From Clostridia bacterium (GTDB taxonomy: Bacteria; Bacillota; DTU025): a stretch of DNA of 64,000 nt. The notes under the pieces are model-generated. The model did no database searches, was not told the DNA's origin, and was given only the letters and a program-made list of their open reading frames with translations. Below, in pieces: positions 51,881-61,067 of the stretch (the first letter of the stretch is position 1; the number at the start of each line of letters is the position of its first letter). The position numbers and the translations under genes are program-made. Location: contig JAYFQW010000006.1 in NCBI GenBank assembly GCA_034926675.1, positions 184,217 to 248,216 on the forward strand, written 5' to 3'.

Positions 51881-52681
51881 TCAGCGCCGAAGCAAGACAT
51901 ATCGCTCCAGGGCCTCTGCAACTCCGTCATCGTCGTTCGACGCCACGACACAGTCGGCGGCCTGAATGACCTCTGCCTCCCCGTTTCCAACAGCCACTCC
52001 TAGGCCAGCGCCGCGGATCATCTCAATATCGTTTTCCTGGTCGCCTATGGCCATCGTCTCACTCATCGATATTCCGCACATCTGCGCAAGATGACGTAAG
52101 GCGGTCAGCTTCGACACGCTGGAGTTCACGATCTCGATCATGTCAGGTTTCGAACGCATCAGCCGAAGGTCGGGACCGGCCACACTCTCCAGTGCGGCCT
52201 TTATAGATGGAATCCTCGCCGGGTCGTCGATCACAAGGTACTTGAGGGATTCACGCCTAACGAACTCGTCCACATCATTCAGAACATGCACGCTCACGCC
52301 GTAGCGCATGCCGTAGGAATCGGACCTTGCAGAAGCACGCGGCGCCCAAAGCTCATCATTGAAATAGCCCTGAAACGCGATGCCCCAATCCCACATGAAC
52401 CTGACAATGCGCTCCCCGGCATCCACGGGAACCGGAGAGGATGCAAGGGTTTCGCCAGAGCCGCTCATCCGTATCAGGGCGCCGTTGTAGGCAGCTATCG
52501 GCAGATCATGGGCAAGCCCGGAAACGAGCAGCCGTGCAGAGCGGTACATCCTCCCCGTAGCGACAGCCACCATAACCCCGCGGGCGCGAGCCTCCTTTAC
52601 GGCCTCACGGGTTCGCTCAGAGATTGTGACATCAGACCGCAGCATCGTGCCATCTAGATCAATTGCGACCAACCTAACCAA
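51881..52681 (-). CDS. Cof-type HAD-IIB phosphatase
   Basis: It contains LVAIDLDGTML, TGR and IGDQENDIEMIRGAGLGVAVGNG. It starts (TTG) 1 nt after the yvlD-like stop. Confidence 0.85.
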   Translation of the reverse strand: MVRLVAIDLDGTMLRSDVTISERTREAVKEARARGVMVAVATGRMYRSARLLVSGLAHDLPIAAYNGALIRMSGSGETLASSPVPVDAGERIVRFMWDWGIAFQGYFNDELWAPRASARSDSYGMRYGVSVHVLNDVDEFVRRESLKYLVIDDPARIPSIKAALESVAGPDLRLMRSKPDMIEIVNSSVSKLTALRHLAQMCGISMSETMAIGDQENDIEMIRGAGLGVAVGNGEAEVIQAADCVVASNDDDGVAEALERYVLLRR

Positions 52682-53077
52682 TCAGTGCCTATCCCCTCTG
52701 ATTATGGAGTTCAGGGCGCCTCCGGTGAGGCTCAGCAGTATCGAGGCGAGCACTGCCGCCCAAAAGCCCGGCACATTGAAACTGCTGCCCATAAGCCACG
52801 ATGCCAGAAGCAACATGGCTGCGTTGACCACAAACGTGAACATGCCGAACGTGAGCAACTGCATGGGGATGCTAAAGAACATGAGTATCGGCCTGATGAA
52901 GGTGTTCACAATCCCAAGCACCATTGCGGCGATCAGGGCCGCCCCGGCCCCATCGATTTCCACAAGCCTGCCATGGCCATACGGAATGAACGAGACGATC
53001 AACAGCGCCAGCGCGTTGATCAGCCATTTCACAAGCCATCCAGGCAGCCCGCCGCGGTCATCATTGTTCCAGCTCAT
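52682..53077 (-). CDS. YvlD/DUF360-type membrane protein (phage-holin-4-like superfamily)
   Basis: It has four hydrophobic helices, with WLVKWLINALALLIVSFI.. and ..FIRPILMFFSIPMQLLTFGMFTFVVNAAMLLLASWL typical of the YvlD family. Confidence 0.8.
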   Translation of the reverse strand: MSWNNDDRGGLPGWLVKWLINALALLIVSFIPYGHGRLVEIDGAGAALIAAMVLGIVNTFIRPILMFFSIPMQLLTFGMFTFVVNAAMLLLASWLMGSSFNVPGFWAAVLASILLSLTGGALNSIIRGDRH

Positions 53078-53140
53078 CGAAATCCCTCGCTCCCGCCGTT
53101 CATCTTGCCAAACATGCTGCTCCCGCTTGCAAGCGGCGAA

Positions 53141-53365
53141 TCAGATCTGCTCCTCAGGAATAACTATCCAGGCGATAATGTACAACAGGGCGCCTGGGAA
53201 CCCTGCAGTGAAGATCGACAACGCCACCCACGCAAGCCGAATCACGGTGGGATCAGTGCCCAGATACTGCGCCAGCCCTGCGCACACGCCTCCGAGCATG
53301 CGGTTGCGAACCGATCTGTATAGCCGCCTCTCCATGATCACGACACCCCCCACAACCCGCATCAT
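53141..53365 (-). CDS. PspC-domain membrane protein (YvlC-like)
   Basis: RLYRSVRNRMLGGVCAGLAQYLGTDPTVIRLAWVALSIF..LLYIIAWIVIPEE is the PspC domain. The internal ATG 53335 (MERRLYRS), preceded by GGGGGTG, is the more likely start. Confidence 0.85.
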   Translation of the reverse strand: MMRVVGGVVIMERRLYRSVRNRMLGGVCAGLAQYLGTDPTVIRLAWVALSIFTAGFPGALLYIIAWIVIPEEQI

Positions 53366-53487
53366 ACCATTATTCTAGTACCGTCTTCCACAATCCTGCC
53401 ACTGTTCTTAGGCAACGGTCGACGCCCAATGATCGCAGCGCGCCGCCGCCATCGCCAGATGCCTCGCGCGCACATGCCTCCATGGCA

Positions 53488-53856
53488 TCAGTCAACGCTG
53501 ATCTCCACCTTGGTCCCGTCTTCAGTGTCCAGATCAACCAGTTTCCCCTGCGCACCTTCCATCACCGCAGCGAGAATCGTGTCGATGTCCACATTCTCCT
53601 CTGCCAGCCGCGCAGCCGTCTCCTTCGGAACGAATCGCCAGAACACCTTGGCAAGTGAAACCGGGACATTCAGGTTGACCCTGGCGCCATCTTCATCCTT
53701 TACCCGAATCCGCATGAACCTCACAGGCGCATCTGGCGCGGCAGCGCGGGCCGTATCACGTTCTGGCTCCATGGCATCGAAGACTCTCTGGGCTTCGTCG
53801 ACCGTCAGCTTCCCGTCGCGGACCATCTCGAGTATTCGCTTTCCGTCCTCCTGCAT
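53488..53856 (-). CDS. small protein with N-terminal SHOCT-like helix motif (122 aa)
   Basis: The translation is MQEDGKRILEMVRDGKLTVDEAQRVFDAME.., followed by a charged beta-rich part. ATG 53856 lies 6 nt after AGGGGGA and just downstream of the DUF4097 stop. ORF-track 53916 overlaps that gene. Confidence 0.6.
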   Translation of the reverse strand: MQEDGKRILEMVRDGKLTVDEAQRVFDAMEPERDTARAAAPDAPVRFMRIRVKDEDGARVNLNVPVSLAKVFWRFVPKETAARLAEENVDIDTILAAVMEGAQGKLVDLDTEDGTKVEISVD

Positions 53857-53876
53857 ACCGCTTCCCCCTCTCGCGT

Positions 53877-54998
53877 TCAGGCGTTCTCCAGTGTAACGGA
53901 ACCGTTTGTGGCGCAAGCGTCCACAGCTACTCTCGGGCCGCCCTCATCGCCCTGGGTCATGACCCGGAGGCGCCTCATGCGTCCCCAGCTGCTCTCTCTC
54001 TCCGTTTCCACCCGCGCGCCCTCAATCGACGATTTGACAGTGCCGTTGGCGGTCTCAGCAGCGATCTCGTAGACTACTGCGCCTGCTCTCGGCGCTATTA
54101 CCCGAATGCTCCCATTGGCAGTCCTGATCCGCACACGCCCAGCGGACTCGTACGCAAGAATCATGGATACGCTCCCATTAGCAGACTCCAGGGTCGCATC
54201 GCCCAGGCCCCCAGATGCATTCATGGCGCCATTGTGGGCAGATGCATTCACGCTGACGGCCTTCAGGGCATCAAGCGTCACCCGTCCGTTGCTTGATCGC
54301 GCTTCCACCCTGCCCGCCTGAACCTTCTCCAGGGTAACCGATCCATTCCGGGTTGACAATGTGATGTCGCCGCCCATCTGCGAGGGCACATATGCCTCTA
54401 TGGACATGGAATCGAGGAGACTCCTATCCTTGCATTCGATGGACATCCGTCCACCCTCGAACAGGAGTTTTGCCTCGGACGCAAGACTCTGCTCCGCAGC
54501 AGCGCGGCTCTCCGCCCCACGCACTGAGGCTCTGACAGTCACCCGGTAACCGGCCTTGTCCCAGCCAGCCACCTTGACGCTGCCATTGAGAGCACTGAAG
54601 TCGATTGCAGACAGCCCACGCTCGCCAGATATCTCGCCCTCGAAAGTCCGCTCTGCGTGGACCCCGATAGTGCGACTCGCCCGGCCGATGGCCCCGGCCA
54701 TCGATTCAAACGCCCGATACAGGCGAGCTGGGATCTCCTGCCCCGCCTCAGCCATCTCCCCGGCCACCTTCGAAAGGCGCTCGGAAAGCTCGTCGGAGAT
54801 GCGGCCCGACATCGGCAGCTGCCATTGGCCATGGCCGTGGCCCTGTCTGTCATCCTGTCGCTGTTCCTCACCATGCCCACTGAGGTCAGTCAGTGCTACA
54901 GCGTCGTCCCCCAATGCATCGAGGAGTTCCTCCGCCTCTTCAGCACTGATCTTGCCCTCGGAGAGGAGGTTAAGGATCATCTTTCGCTCTTCGGTCAT
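53877..54998 (-). CDS. DUF4097 (YvlB-like putative adhesin/beta-helix) protein with N-terminal SHOCT-like motif
   Basis: Its N-terminus is ILNLLSEGKISAEEAEELLDAL. At least 8 xNGxV repeats follow (LNGSVKVA, RNGSVTLE, SNGRVTLD, HNGAMNAS, ANGSVSMI, ANGSIRVI, ANGTVKSS, TNGSVTLE), as in DUF4097. Confidence 0.8.
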   Translation of the reverse strand: MTEERKMILNLLSEGKISAEEAEELLDALGDDAVALTDLSGHGEEQRQDDRQGHGHGQWQLPMSGRISDELSERLSKVAGEMAEAGQEIPARLYRAFESMAGAIGRASRTIGVHAERTFEGEISGERGLSAIDFSALNGSVKVAGWDKAGYRVTVRASVRGAESRAAAEQSLASEAKLLFEGGRMSIECKDRSLLDSMSIEAYVPSQMGGDITLSTRNGSVTLEKVQAGRVEARSSNGRVTLDALKAVSVNASAHNGAMNASGGLGDATLESANGSVSMILAYESAGRVRIRTANGSIRVIAPRAGAVVYEIAAETANGTVKSSIEGARVETERESSWGRMRRLRVMTQGDEGGPRVAVDACATNGSVTLENA

Positions 54999-55019
54999 GA
55001 AAGCCCGCCCCCCTAGGTG

Positions 55020-55415
55020 TTATCTGCCCTTCAGCTGCTGAACCGCTTCATCTGCGGAGATCTCGCCCCTTGCGAGCGCCTCCACTATGTCCTTTCTCTT
55101 CGCCACTGCGCCAGGTTGCGCGTCGTCTGGATCATCGTCCTTATCGACCTTGTGGCCAAGCGCGACAATCACTGCGTCGAGCCTGTTCCGGACCGTTGGG
55201 TAAGAGATGCCCAGCTCCTTCTCGACGTCTTTGATGCTTCCGCGATTCTTGATGAACACATCGACGAAACTCCTCTGCTCGGGCCCAAGCGCACAGAACT
55301 TGCAGACATCGAAGCGCCCCTCAATAACTGTGTCGCAGCTCTTGCAGGTGAGTCGGGTAACGTCGAGCTTCTCGCCGCACACGGGACACTGCCCGAGAAC
55401 TTCCCGCTTACGCAC
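55020..55415 (-). CDS. DUF2089 protein (zinc ribbon + HTH), probable transcriptional regulator
   Basis: It contains CPVCGEKLDVTRLTCKSCDTVIEGRF..FCAL (Zn ribbon) and FIKNRGSIKDVEKELGISYPTVRNRLDAVI (HTH). The C-terminus is DIVEALARGEISADEAVQQLKG. The start is GTG, 8 nt after GGGAGG. Confidence 0.8.
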   Translation of the reverse strand: MRKREVLGQCPVCGEKLDVTRLTCKSCDTVIEGRFDVCKFCALGPEQRSFVDVFIKNRGSIKDVEKELGISYPTVRNRLDAVIVALGHKVDKDDDPDDAQPGAVAKRKDIVEALARGEISADEAVQQLKGR

Positions 55416-55448
55416 CGCACTCGCCTCCCGTCACCGTTCTTGGTTCAG

Positions 55449-55477
55449 ATTATAAATCCCGATGTTGATAATGTCAA
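55449..55477 (-). promoter_or_regulatory. perfect consensus sigma-A promoter TTGACA-N17-TATAAT of the DUF2089 operon
   Basis: The minus strand reads gatgTTGACAttatcaacatcgggattTATAATctgaac. The -35 is at 55472-55477 and the -10 at 55449-55454, 34 nt upstream of the GTG start. Confidence 0.65.
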
Positions 55478-55487
55478 CATCGGGATT
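55455..55487. promoter_or_regulatory. perfect 14-bp inverted repeat (candidate operator) overlapping the -35 box and spacer
   Basis: The sequence is AATCCCGATGTTGA-TAATG-TCAACATCGGGATT, with arms at 55455-55468 and 55474-55487 and no mismatch. Confidence 0.6.
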
Positions 55488-55521
55488 GATTTGCCTGAGT
55501 TGTTTACCCGGTTTGCTCCGA

Positions 55522-56232
55522 TCAATTGCGCTGTCCCGGTTTCAGAACTGCATGTGGAAGGCCCCGCACACCCGTGAGCATATTTCTTTCCAGCCAGAGG
55601 AGTGCGGCCTTCATGGGTAGCCCGCCTCCGTACCCCGTGAGCCTCCCGCCAGCTCCGACCACTCTGTGACACGGGATCACTGGACCCAATGGGTTAGCTC
55701 CCACTACTGCGCCTGCAGCGCGCGGCGCGCGGGGCTTGCCGGCGGAAGAGGCGAGGGCTCCGTAGGTGGACGTTTCTCCAGGTCGGATCTGCCTCATACC
55801 CTCCATAACGCCGCGGGCAAACCCAGAACACCAGGAGAGATCGACCGGATAGCCAAACCAAAGCGCACTGGGTGCAAGCTCTCCCTCGAAGAAAAGCCTG
55901 ATGTCCCGTCCAACAGTCACGAGCAGGTCAGCTGGGTCACACGACTCCCCCGCGCCATCCGGACTATCGACGCCCACTGCCTGTCCTTGGGCGACCTCTG
56001 TAGGGCGCGAGGCCAGGCCCAGATCCTCTAGGGTCATGCGCGGGCTCAGATTCGCGGTCGCGATCCACTTGGGGATTGGAAGCTGCGAGAGAGATGAACT
56101 ATCGACCGCAGGCATCTCAATCCTTCTCAGGCCCAACTCCCCTGCCTCAAACCTGACTTCTCCGATCCTAGTGGGCACGCATGCCTGGACAAGACTATCG
56201 TGGTGCGCGTAACTCGAGTTGCTTCTAGTCAC
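55522..56232 (-). CDS. ogt: methylated-DNA--protein-cysteine methyltransferase
   Basis: TYGALASSAGKPRAPRAAGAVVGANPLGPVIPCHRVVGAGGRLTGYGGGL carries the PCHRV active site. The N-terminal domain is VPTRIGEVRFEAGELGLRRIE. The start was taken at GTG 56232, 1 nt after the uvrC stop. ORF-track 56397 runs into uvrC. Confidence 0.85.
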   Translation of the reverse strand: MTRSNSSYAHHDSLVQACVPTRIGEVRFEAGELGLRRIEMPAVDSSSLSQLPIPKWIATANLSPRMTLEDLGLASRPTEVAQGQAVGVDSPDGAGESCDPADLLVTVGRDIRLFFEGELAPSALWFGYPVDLSWCSGFARGVMEGMRQIRPGETSTYGALASSAGKPRAPRAAGAVVGANPLGPVIPCHRVVGAGGRLTGYGGGLPMKAALLWLERNMLTGVRGLPHAVLKPGQRN

Positions 56233-56233
56233 C

Positions 56234-58237
56234 TCAACCTTGCACCTCCTCTTCTCCTTGGCCCGTGGACGCGACCGACTTTTGGGGGGCATTGACGCGG
56301 TCTGCAACCATCTGTGCTTCTGCGCTGCTTCGCTCGGCCTGAAGCGTGGAGGGCTCCGGGTGCAGATGCTCGTACACCCTTGCAGCCACTGGCGCATTCA
56401 TGCCTGGAGCAGCCACGATCTCTTCGACTGAGGCTCTGGAAAGGGCGTCAAGCGACCCGAACTGCCTCATCAGAGCTACCAGGCGCTTCTTCCCTACGCC
56501 TGGAACACCCGTGAGTTCAGAGGTAATGCCGCTCTTGCCCCTGAGGCTCCTGTGGTACGCGACAGCGAACCTGTGTGCCTCATCCCGAATGTGCTGAATG
56601 AGGTGGAGTGCCTTGGAGTCCCTCGGAAGCAGCAGAGGCGCGCTTTCACCGCGCCTGAAGATCTCCTCTTCCCGCTTGGCCAGGCCCACGGCCGGCCACT
56701 CGCCAAAGCCCATCGAATCGAGGACCTCCCCGACCGCGTGCAGCTGCCCCTTGCCACCATCGATAACCATGAGATCCGGGAGCCGGGCGAACTTGGGGTC
56801 TGGATCACCATCTGCGCCGCGGTTCGCGGCACGACCTGTCCCTCGCGAGATTCGCCTGCGGATAACCTCAGCCATCATGGCGAAATCGTTCTGCCCTTCC
56901 ACAGTGCGAATCCTGAATCGTCGATACTGGGATTTCGCAGGCTTTCCCTGCTCGAAGACGACCATGGAACCGACGGCCTCTGTGCCTTGAAGGTTCGAAA
57001 TGTCGTAGCACTCGATCCTTCCAGGCGCAGCGTCGAGGCCGAGATAGGCCGCGAGCTCCGCGAGGGCCCCCGCCCTTGACCTCTCGTCTGCCTGCTCCGA
57101 GGCGCGGACCCGATCAAGATACTCCCTGGCGTTCGTGGCCGCCAACTCCACCAGCCTGCGCTTCTCGCCACGTTGCGGCGTCCGGATATTCACGGAGCGC
57201 CCCAGCTTCCCAGAGAGCCACTGCTCATACGCCTCCGCATCCTCGAGTTCGGCCTGCGCGAGGATCTCTGGTGGAATAGACGCGCTCTGCGAGTAGTACT
57301 CCTTGATGAAGGACGCAATGATCTCCGAATCATCACTTCCCTCTGCCTCACCGAGGATGAAGTGGTCATTCCCCACGAGCTTGCCATCGCGAATGAACAT
57401 GACCTGCGCACATGCTCCCCAAGGGTCGCGCGCTAATGCGATCACGTCCTGGTCAGCACCGGAATCCGAAACCACTCGCTGCCTCTCCACGATCTTCTGC
57501 ACAGCCTGTAGCTGGTCCCTGTACACCGCCGCCTGCTCATAATTCAAGGACTGAGCGGCGGCCTCCATTCGGTTCCTGAGGCTTGAGATCAGATCATTCT
57601 GCCGACCCTCGAGGAACAGAGTTACCTCGTTCACGACCTCCCAATAGTCATCGGCAGTCACCAACCCGGCGCAAGGCCCGAGGCACCGCTTGATGTGGTA
57701 GTTCAGGCATGGCCTCGGAGCTCGATCATTGGCGCCGATGACCTTCGAACACTGGCGAATCGGGAAAACCGTCTTGATGATCCTGAGGGTCTCACGAACT
57801 GCGTTCACATCGGTGAACGGACCGAAGTAGCGCGACCCGTCCCTGACCACTCGGCGCGTCATGAACACTCTGGGGAACGGGTCTGCAACCGTGACTCTGA
57901 TGAATGGGTATGTCTTATCATCACGCAGCTTCACGTTGTAGTGAGGGCGACGCTCCTTGATGAGGTTGCACTCGAGGACCAGCGCCTCAAGCTCCGAACC
58001 TGTCACGATGTAGTCGATATCGGCGATGTTTTCGACCATCCTCGCCACTTTCGGGGAGTGGTTCTTGGATGATTGGAAATACTGCCTCACTCTGTTCCTC
58101 AGGTTCACCGCTTTGCCCACATAGATTACTTCCCCAGACGAATCCTTCATCAGATACACGCCCGGTGTGGTGGGCAAGCTCCCGAGGGTCTCATCCAACG
58201 ACACTGCTGATCTCCTCCGGCCCATGTTCCCGCTCAT
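56234..58237 (-). CDS. uvrC: excinuclease ABC subunit C
   Basis: It has the GIY-YIG motif ([25 protein letters not shown]), a UVR domain, the endonuclease V-like domain and a C-terminal (HhH)2. The start may be a few codons downstream. It overlaps the uvrA 3' end. Confidence 0.95.
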   Translation of the reverse strand: MSGNMGRRRSAVSLDETLGSLPTTPGVYLMKDSSGEVIYVGKAVNLRNRVRQYFQSSKNHSPKVARMVENIADIDYIVTGSELEALVLECNLIKERRPHYNVKLRDDKTYPFIRVTVADPFPRVFMTRRVVRDGSRYFGPFTDVNAVRETLRIIKTVFPIRQCSKVIGANDRAPRPCLNYHIKRCLGPCAGLVTADDYWEVVNEVTLFLEGRQNDLISSLRNRMEAAAQSLNYEQAAVYRDQLQAVQKIVERQRVVSDSGADQDVIALARDPWGACAQVMFIRDGKLVGNDHFILGEAEGSDDSEIIASFIKEYYSQSASIPPEILAQAELEDAEAYEQWLSGKLGRSVNIRTPQRGEKRRLVELAATNAREYLDRVRASEQADERSRAGALAELAAYLGLDAAPGRIECYDISNLQGTEAVGSMVVFEQGKPAKSQYRRFRIRTVEGQNDFAMMAEVIRRRISRGTGRAANRGADGDPDPKFARLPDLMVIDGGKGQLHAVGEVLDSMGFGEWPAVGLAKREEEIFRRGESAPLLLPRDSKALHLIQHIRDEAHRFAVAYHRSLRGKSGITSELTGVPGVGKKRLVALMRQFGSLDALSRASVEEIVAAPGMNAPVAARVYEHLHPEPSTLQAERSSAEAQMVADRVNAPQKSVASTGQGEEEVQG

Positions 58238-61067
58238 GCAGGACGATGCCAGGCATTCTTCTCAGGAACTCACCTGTGTAGGACCCTGGAGTCGCCGCGA
58301 TCTCCTCCGGAGTTCCCGTTGCTATCACCTGTCCGCCCCTGTCTCCACCCTCCGGACCCATATCGATGATGTAGTCTGCAGTCTTGATCACATCCATGTT
58401 GTGTTCGATCACCAGCACCGTGTCGCCGGCATCCACCAGCTTCTGCAGCACCTCGAGGAGCTTGTCTATGTCCGCGAAATGGAGCCCGGTGGTGGGTTCG
58501 TCGAGGATGTAGAGCGTTCGCCCATTGGTTCGGCGCGATAGCTCGGCAGCAAGCTTCACACGCTGTGCCTCTCCGCCTGAGAGGGTGGTGGCGGGCTGAC
58601 CCAGCTGGATGTAGCCCAGGCCCACATCGTATAGAGTCTGCAGCTTGCGGCGTATGCTCGGTACGTTGCCGAAGAACTCCAGGGCCTCCTCCACCTGCAT
58701 GGCCAGAACATCAGCGATGCTCTTTGACTTGTACTTGATCTCGAGTGTCTCGCGGTTGTAACGGGCGCCGTGGCATACCTCGCATGGCACGTACACATCT
58801 GGAAGGAAATGCATCTCGATCTTGACAATCCCGTCACCACGGCACGCCTCACACCGTCCGCCCTTCACGTTGATGCTGAACCGCCCGGGCTTGTACCCGC
58901 GGGCCTTGGCTTCAAGCGACTGGGAGAAAAGGTCTCTCACCATGTCGAACAGCCCAGTGTACGTCGCCGGGTTCGATCTGGGAGTCCTGCCTATTGGAGA
59001 CTGGTCTATTCCAATTACCTTCTCGATGTTCTCAAGCCCGGTCATGCTGTCGTGCGCGCCTGGTTTCGCGTAGGCGTGGTGCAAATCGTGGGCAAGGCGC
59101 GCGTGGAGCGTCTGATTCACGAGGGTGCTCTTCCCCGAGCCTGAGACTCCGGTAACGCACACGAACAGACCCAGGGGGATGGACACGTCAACGTTCTTAA
59201 GATTGTGCTCTCTGGCGCCCTTGATCACAAGAGCCTTGCCATTTGGTTTGCGCCGGGCAGCAGGCGTCGCTATTCGCCTAGCTCCCGACAGAAACTGCCC
59301 AGTGATCGAGTTCGGGTCGTGAAGGATCTCCTCCACAGTCCCCTTCGCCACGATCTCGCCGCCGTGGGCGCCGGCTCCAGGCCCGATATCGATGATGTAG
59401 TCAGCGGACCTCATCATCTCCTCGTCGTGCTCAACCACGATCAGGGTGTTGCCCAGGTCTCGAAGGTCCTTGAGGGTATGGATGAGGCGCTCATTGTCGC
59501 GCTGATGAAGACCGATGGATGGTTCATCCAAGATGTACAGCACCCCGACCAGGCTCGATCCGATCTGCGTGGCCAGCCGTATGCGCTGCGCCTCTCCGCC
59601 GGCCAGAGTCCCCGACTCCCTGTCGAGCGTGAGGTAGTCAAGTCCGACGTTCGCAAGAAAGCCCAGCCTCTCCCTGATCTCCTTCAGAATCTGCTTGGCG
59701 ATGAAGGTCTCTCTCTCAGTGAGAGAGATTCCGCGGAAGAAATCCAGGGCCACGATTGTGGACATCCGCGTGACATCCGCGATCGACTTCCCAGCCACTG
59801 TCACAGCCAGAGCCTCCGGCTTGAGCCTCTTGCCTCCGCACGCCGGACATGGCCGGGAACTCATGAACTTCTCCAGATCCTCCCTGATGTGCTCAGACGT
59901 GGTTTCCCGATACCGGCGTTCAAGGTTTCGGACTACTCCCTCGAACCTGGATTCCCACGACTGCTCCCGCCCCTTGGAATCGTGGTATGTGAACTTGAAC
60001 CTCTCCTGCCCGCACCCATGTTTGAGCATCTCCATGGCGGATTCGGGCATGTCACGAAGAGGGGCTGTGACGTCGACTCCCTTCACACCCGCGACCTCAT
60101 AGATCCTCCCCAGGTAGAAGTCGGACACCACTCCATTCCGGCTGTACGGACGGATAGCGCCCTCGTTGATCGAGAGATCCATGTCGAAGATGAGCTCAGG
60201 ATCGAATTCTATCTTCACTCCCAGCCCTGAGCAGACAGGGCAGGCGCCGTAAGGGCTATTGAAGGAGAACAGCCTTGGCTCGAGCTCCCCGAAGCTCAGG
60301 CCACATTCCGGGCAGGCCAGCTTCTCGGAGAATATCATCTCTCCGCTATCGAGCATGTCCACAACGACTACGCCATCGCCGAGCTTCAGCGCGGTCTCGA
60401 GGGAGTCTGCAAGCCTCCGCTCGATTCCGGGTTTCACCACGAGCCTGTCGACGACTGCCTCGATCTTGTGGATCTTGTATCTCTCGAGGACGATATCCTC
60501 GGTAAGTTCATGTACAACTCCATTGGTCCGAACCCGTGCAAACCCCTCGCGGCGCAGATCGTCAAGAACCTTCTTGTGTTCGCCCTTCTTCCCGCGGATC
60601 ACAGGCCCAAGCACCTGGATGCGGGCGCCCTCCGGCAGCGCCATGACCTTGTCGACTATCTGCTCAACTGCCTGCTGCGCGATCTCTCTTCCGCATTTCG
60701 GGCAGTGGGGAATGCCGATCCTCGCATAGAGGAGCCTCATGTAGTCGTATATCTCCGTGACCGTCGCCACGGTTGAGCGAGGATTCTTACTCGCCGCCTT
60801 CTGGTCGATGGAAATCGCAGGAGACAGACCCTCGATGTAGTCCACATCCGGCTTGTTCATCTGCCCGAGGAACTGGCGAGCATAGGCCGAAAGCGATTCG
60901 ACGTAGCGGCGCTGACCCTCCGCGTATATGGTGTCGAAAGCAAGCGACGACTTGCCCGAGCCAGACAGCCCGGTGATGACCACTAGCTGGTCACGGGGAA
61001 TGTCGATGCTGATATTCTTCAGGTTGTGTTCACGCGCTCCGCGGATGACAATACTGTTCTTGCTCAT
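58191..61067 (-). CDS. uvrA: excinuclease ABC subunit A
   Basis: It has two ABC modules ([14 protein letters not shown] and [11 protein letters not shown]), LSGGEAQR twice and zinc modules (CPKCG.., CPECG.., C..C.G). The protein is 958 aa. Confidence 0.97.
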   Translation of the reverse strand: MSKNSIVIRGAREHNLKNISIDIPRDQLVVITGLSGSGKSSLAFDTIYAEGQRRYVESLSAYARQFLGQMNKPDVDYIEGLSPAISIDQKAASKNPRSTVATVTEIYDYMRLLYARIGIPHCPKCGREIAQQAVEQIVDKVMALPEGARIQVLGPVIRGKKGEHKKVLDDLRREGFARVRTNGVVHELTEDIVLERYKIHKIEAVVDRLVVKPGIERRLADSLETALKLGDGVVVVDMLDSGEMIFSEKLACPECGLSFGELEPRLFSFNSPYGACPVCSGLGVKIEFDPELIFDMDLSINEGAIRPYSRNGVVSDFYLGRIYEVAGVKGVDVTAPLRDMPESAMEMLKHGCGQERFKFTYHDSKGREQSWESRFEGVVRNLERRYRETTSEHIREDLEKFMSSRPCPACGGKRLKPEALAVTVAGKSIADVTRMSTIVALDFFRGISLTERETFIAKQILKEIRERLGFLANVGLDYLTLDRESGTLAGGEAQRIRLATQIGSSLVGVLYILDEPSIGLHQRDNERLIHTLKDLRDLGNTLIVVEHDEEMMRSADYIIDIGPGAGAHGGEIVAKGTVEEILHDPNSITGQFLSGARRIATPAARRKPNGKALVIKGAREHNLKNVDVSIPLGLFVCVTGVSGSGKSTLVNQTLHARLAHDLHHAYAKPGAHDSMTGLENIEKVIGIDQSPIGRTPRSNPATYTGLFDMVRDLFSQSLEAKARGYKPGRFSINVKGGRCEACRGDGIVKIEMHFLPDVYVPCEVCHGARYNRETLEIKYKSKSIADVLAMQVEEALEFFGNVPSIRRKLQTLYDVGLGYIQLGQPATTLSGGEAQRVKLAAELSRRTNGRTLYILDEPTTGLHFADIDKLLEVLQKLVDAGDTVLVIEHNMDVIKTADYIIDMGPEGGDRGGQVIATGTPEEIAATPGSYTGEFLRRMPGIVLHEREHGPEEISSVVG

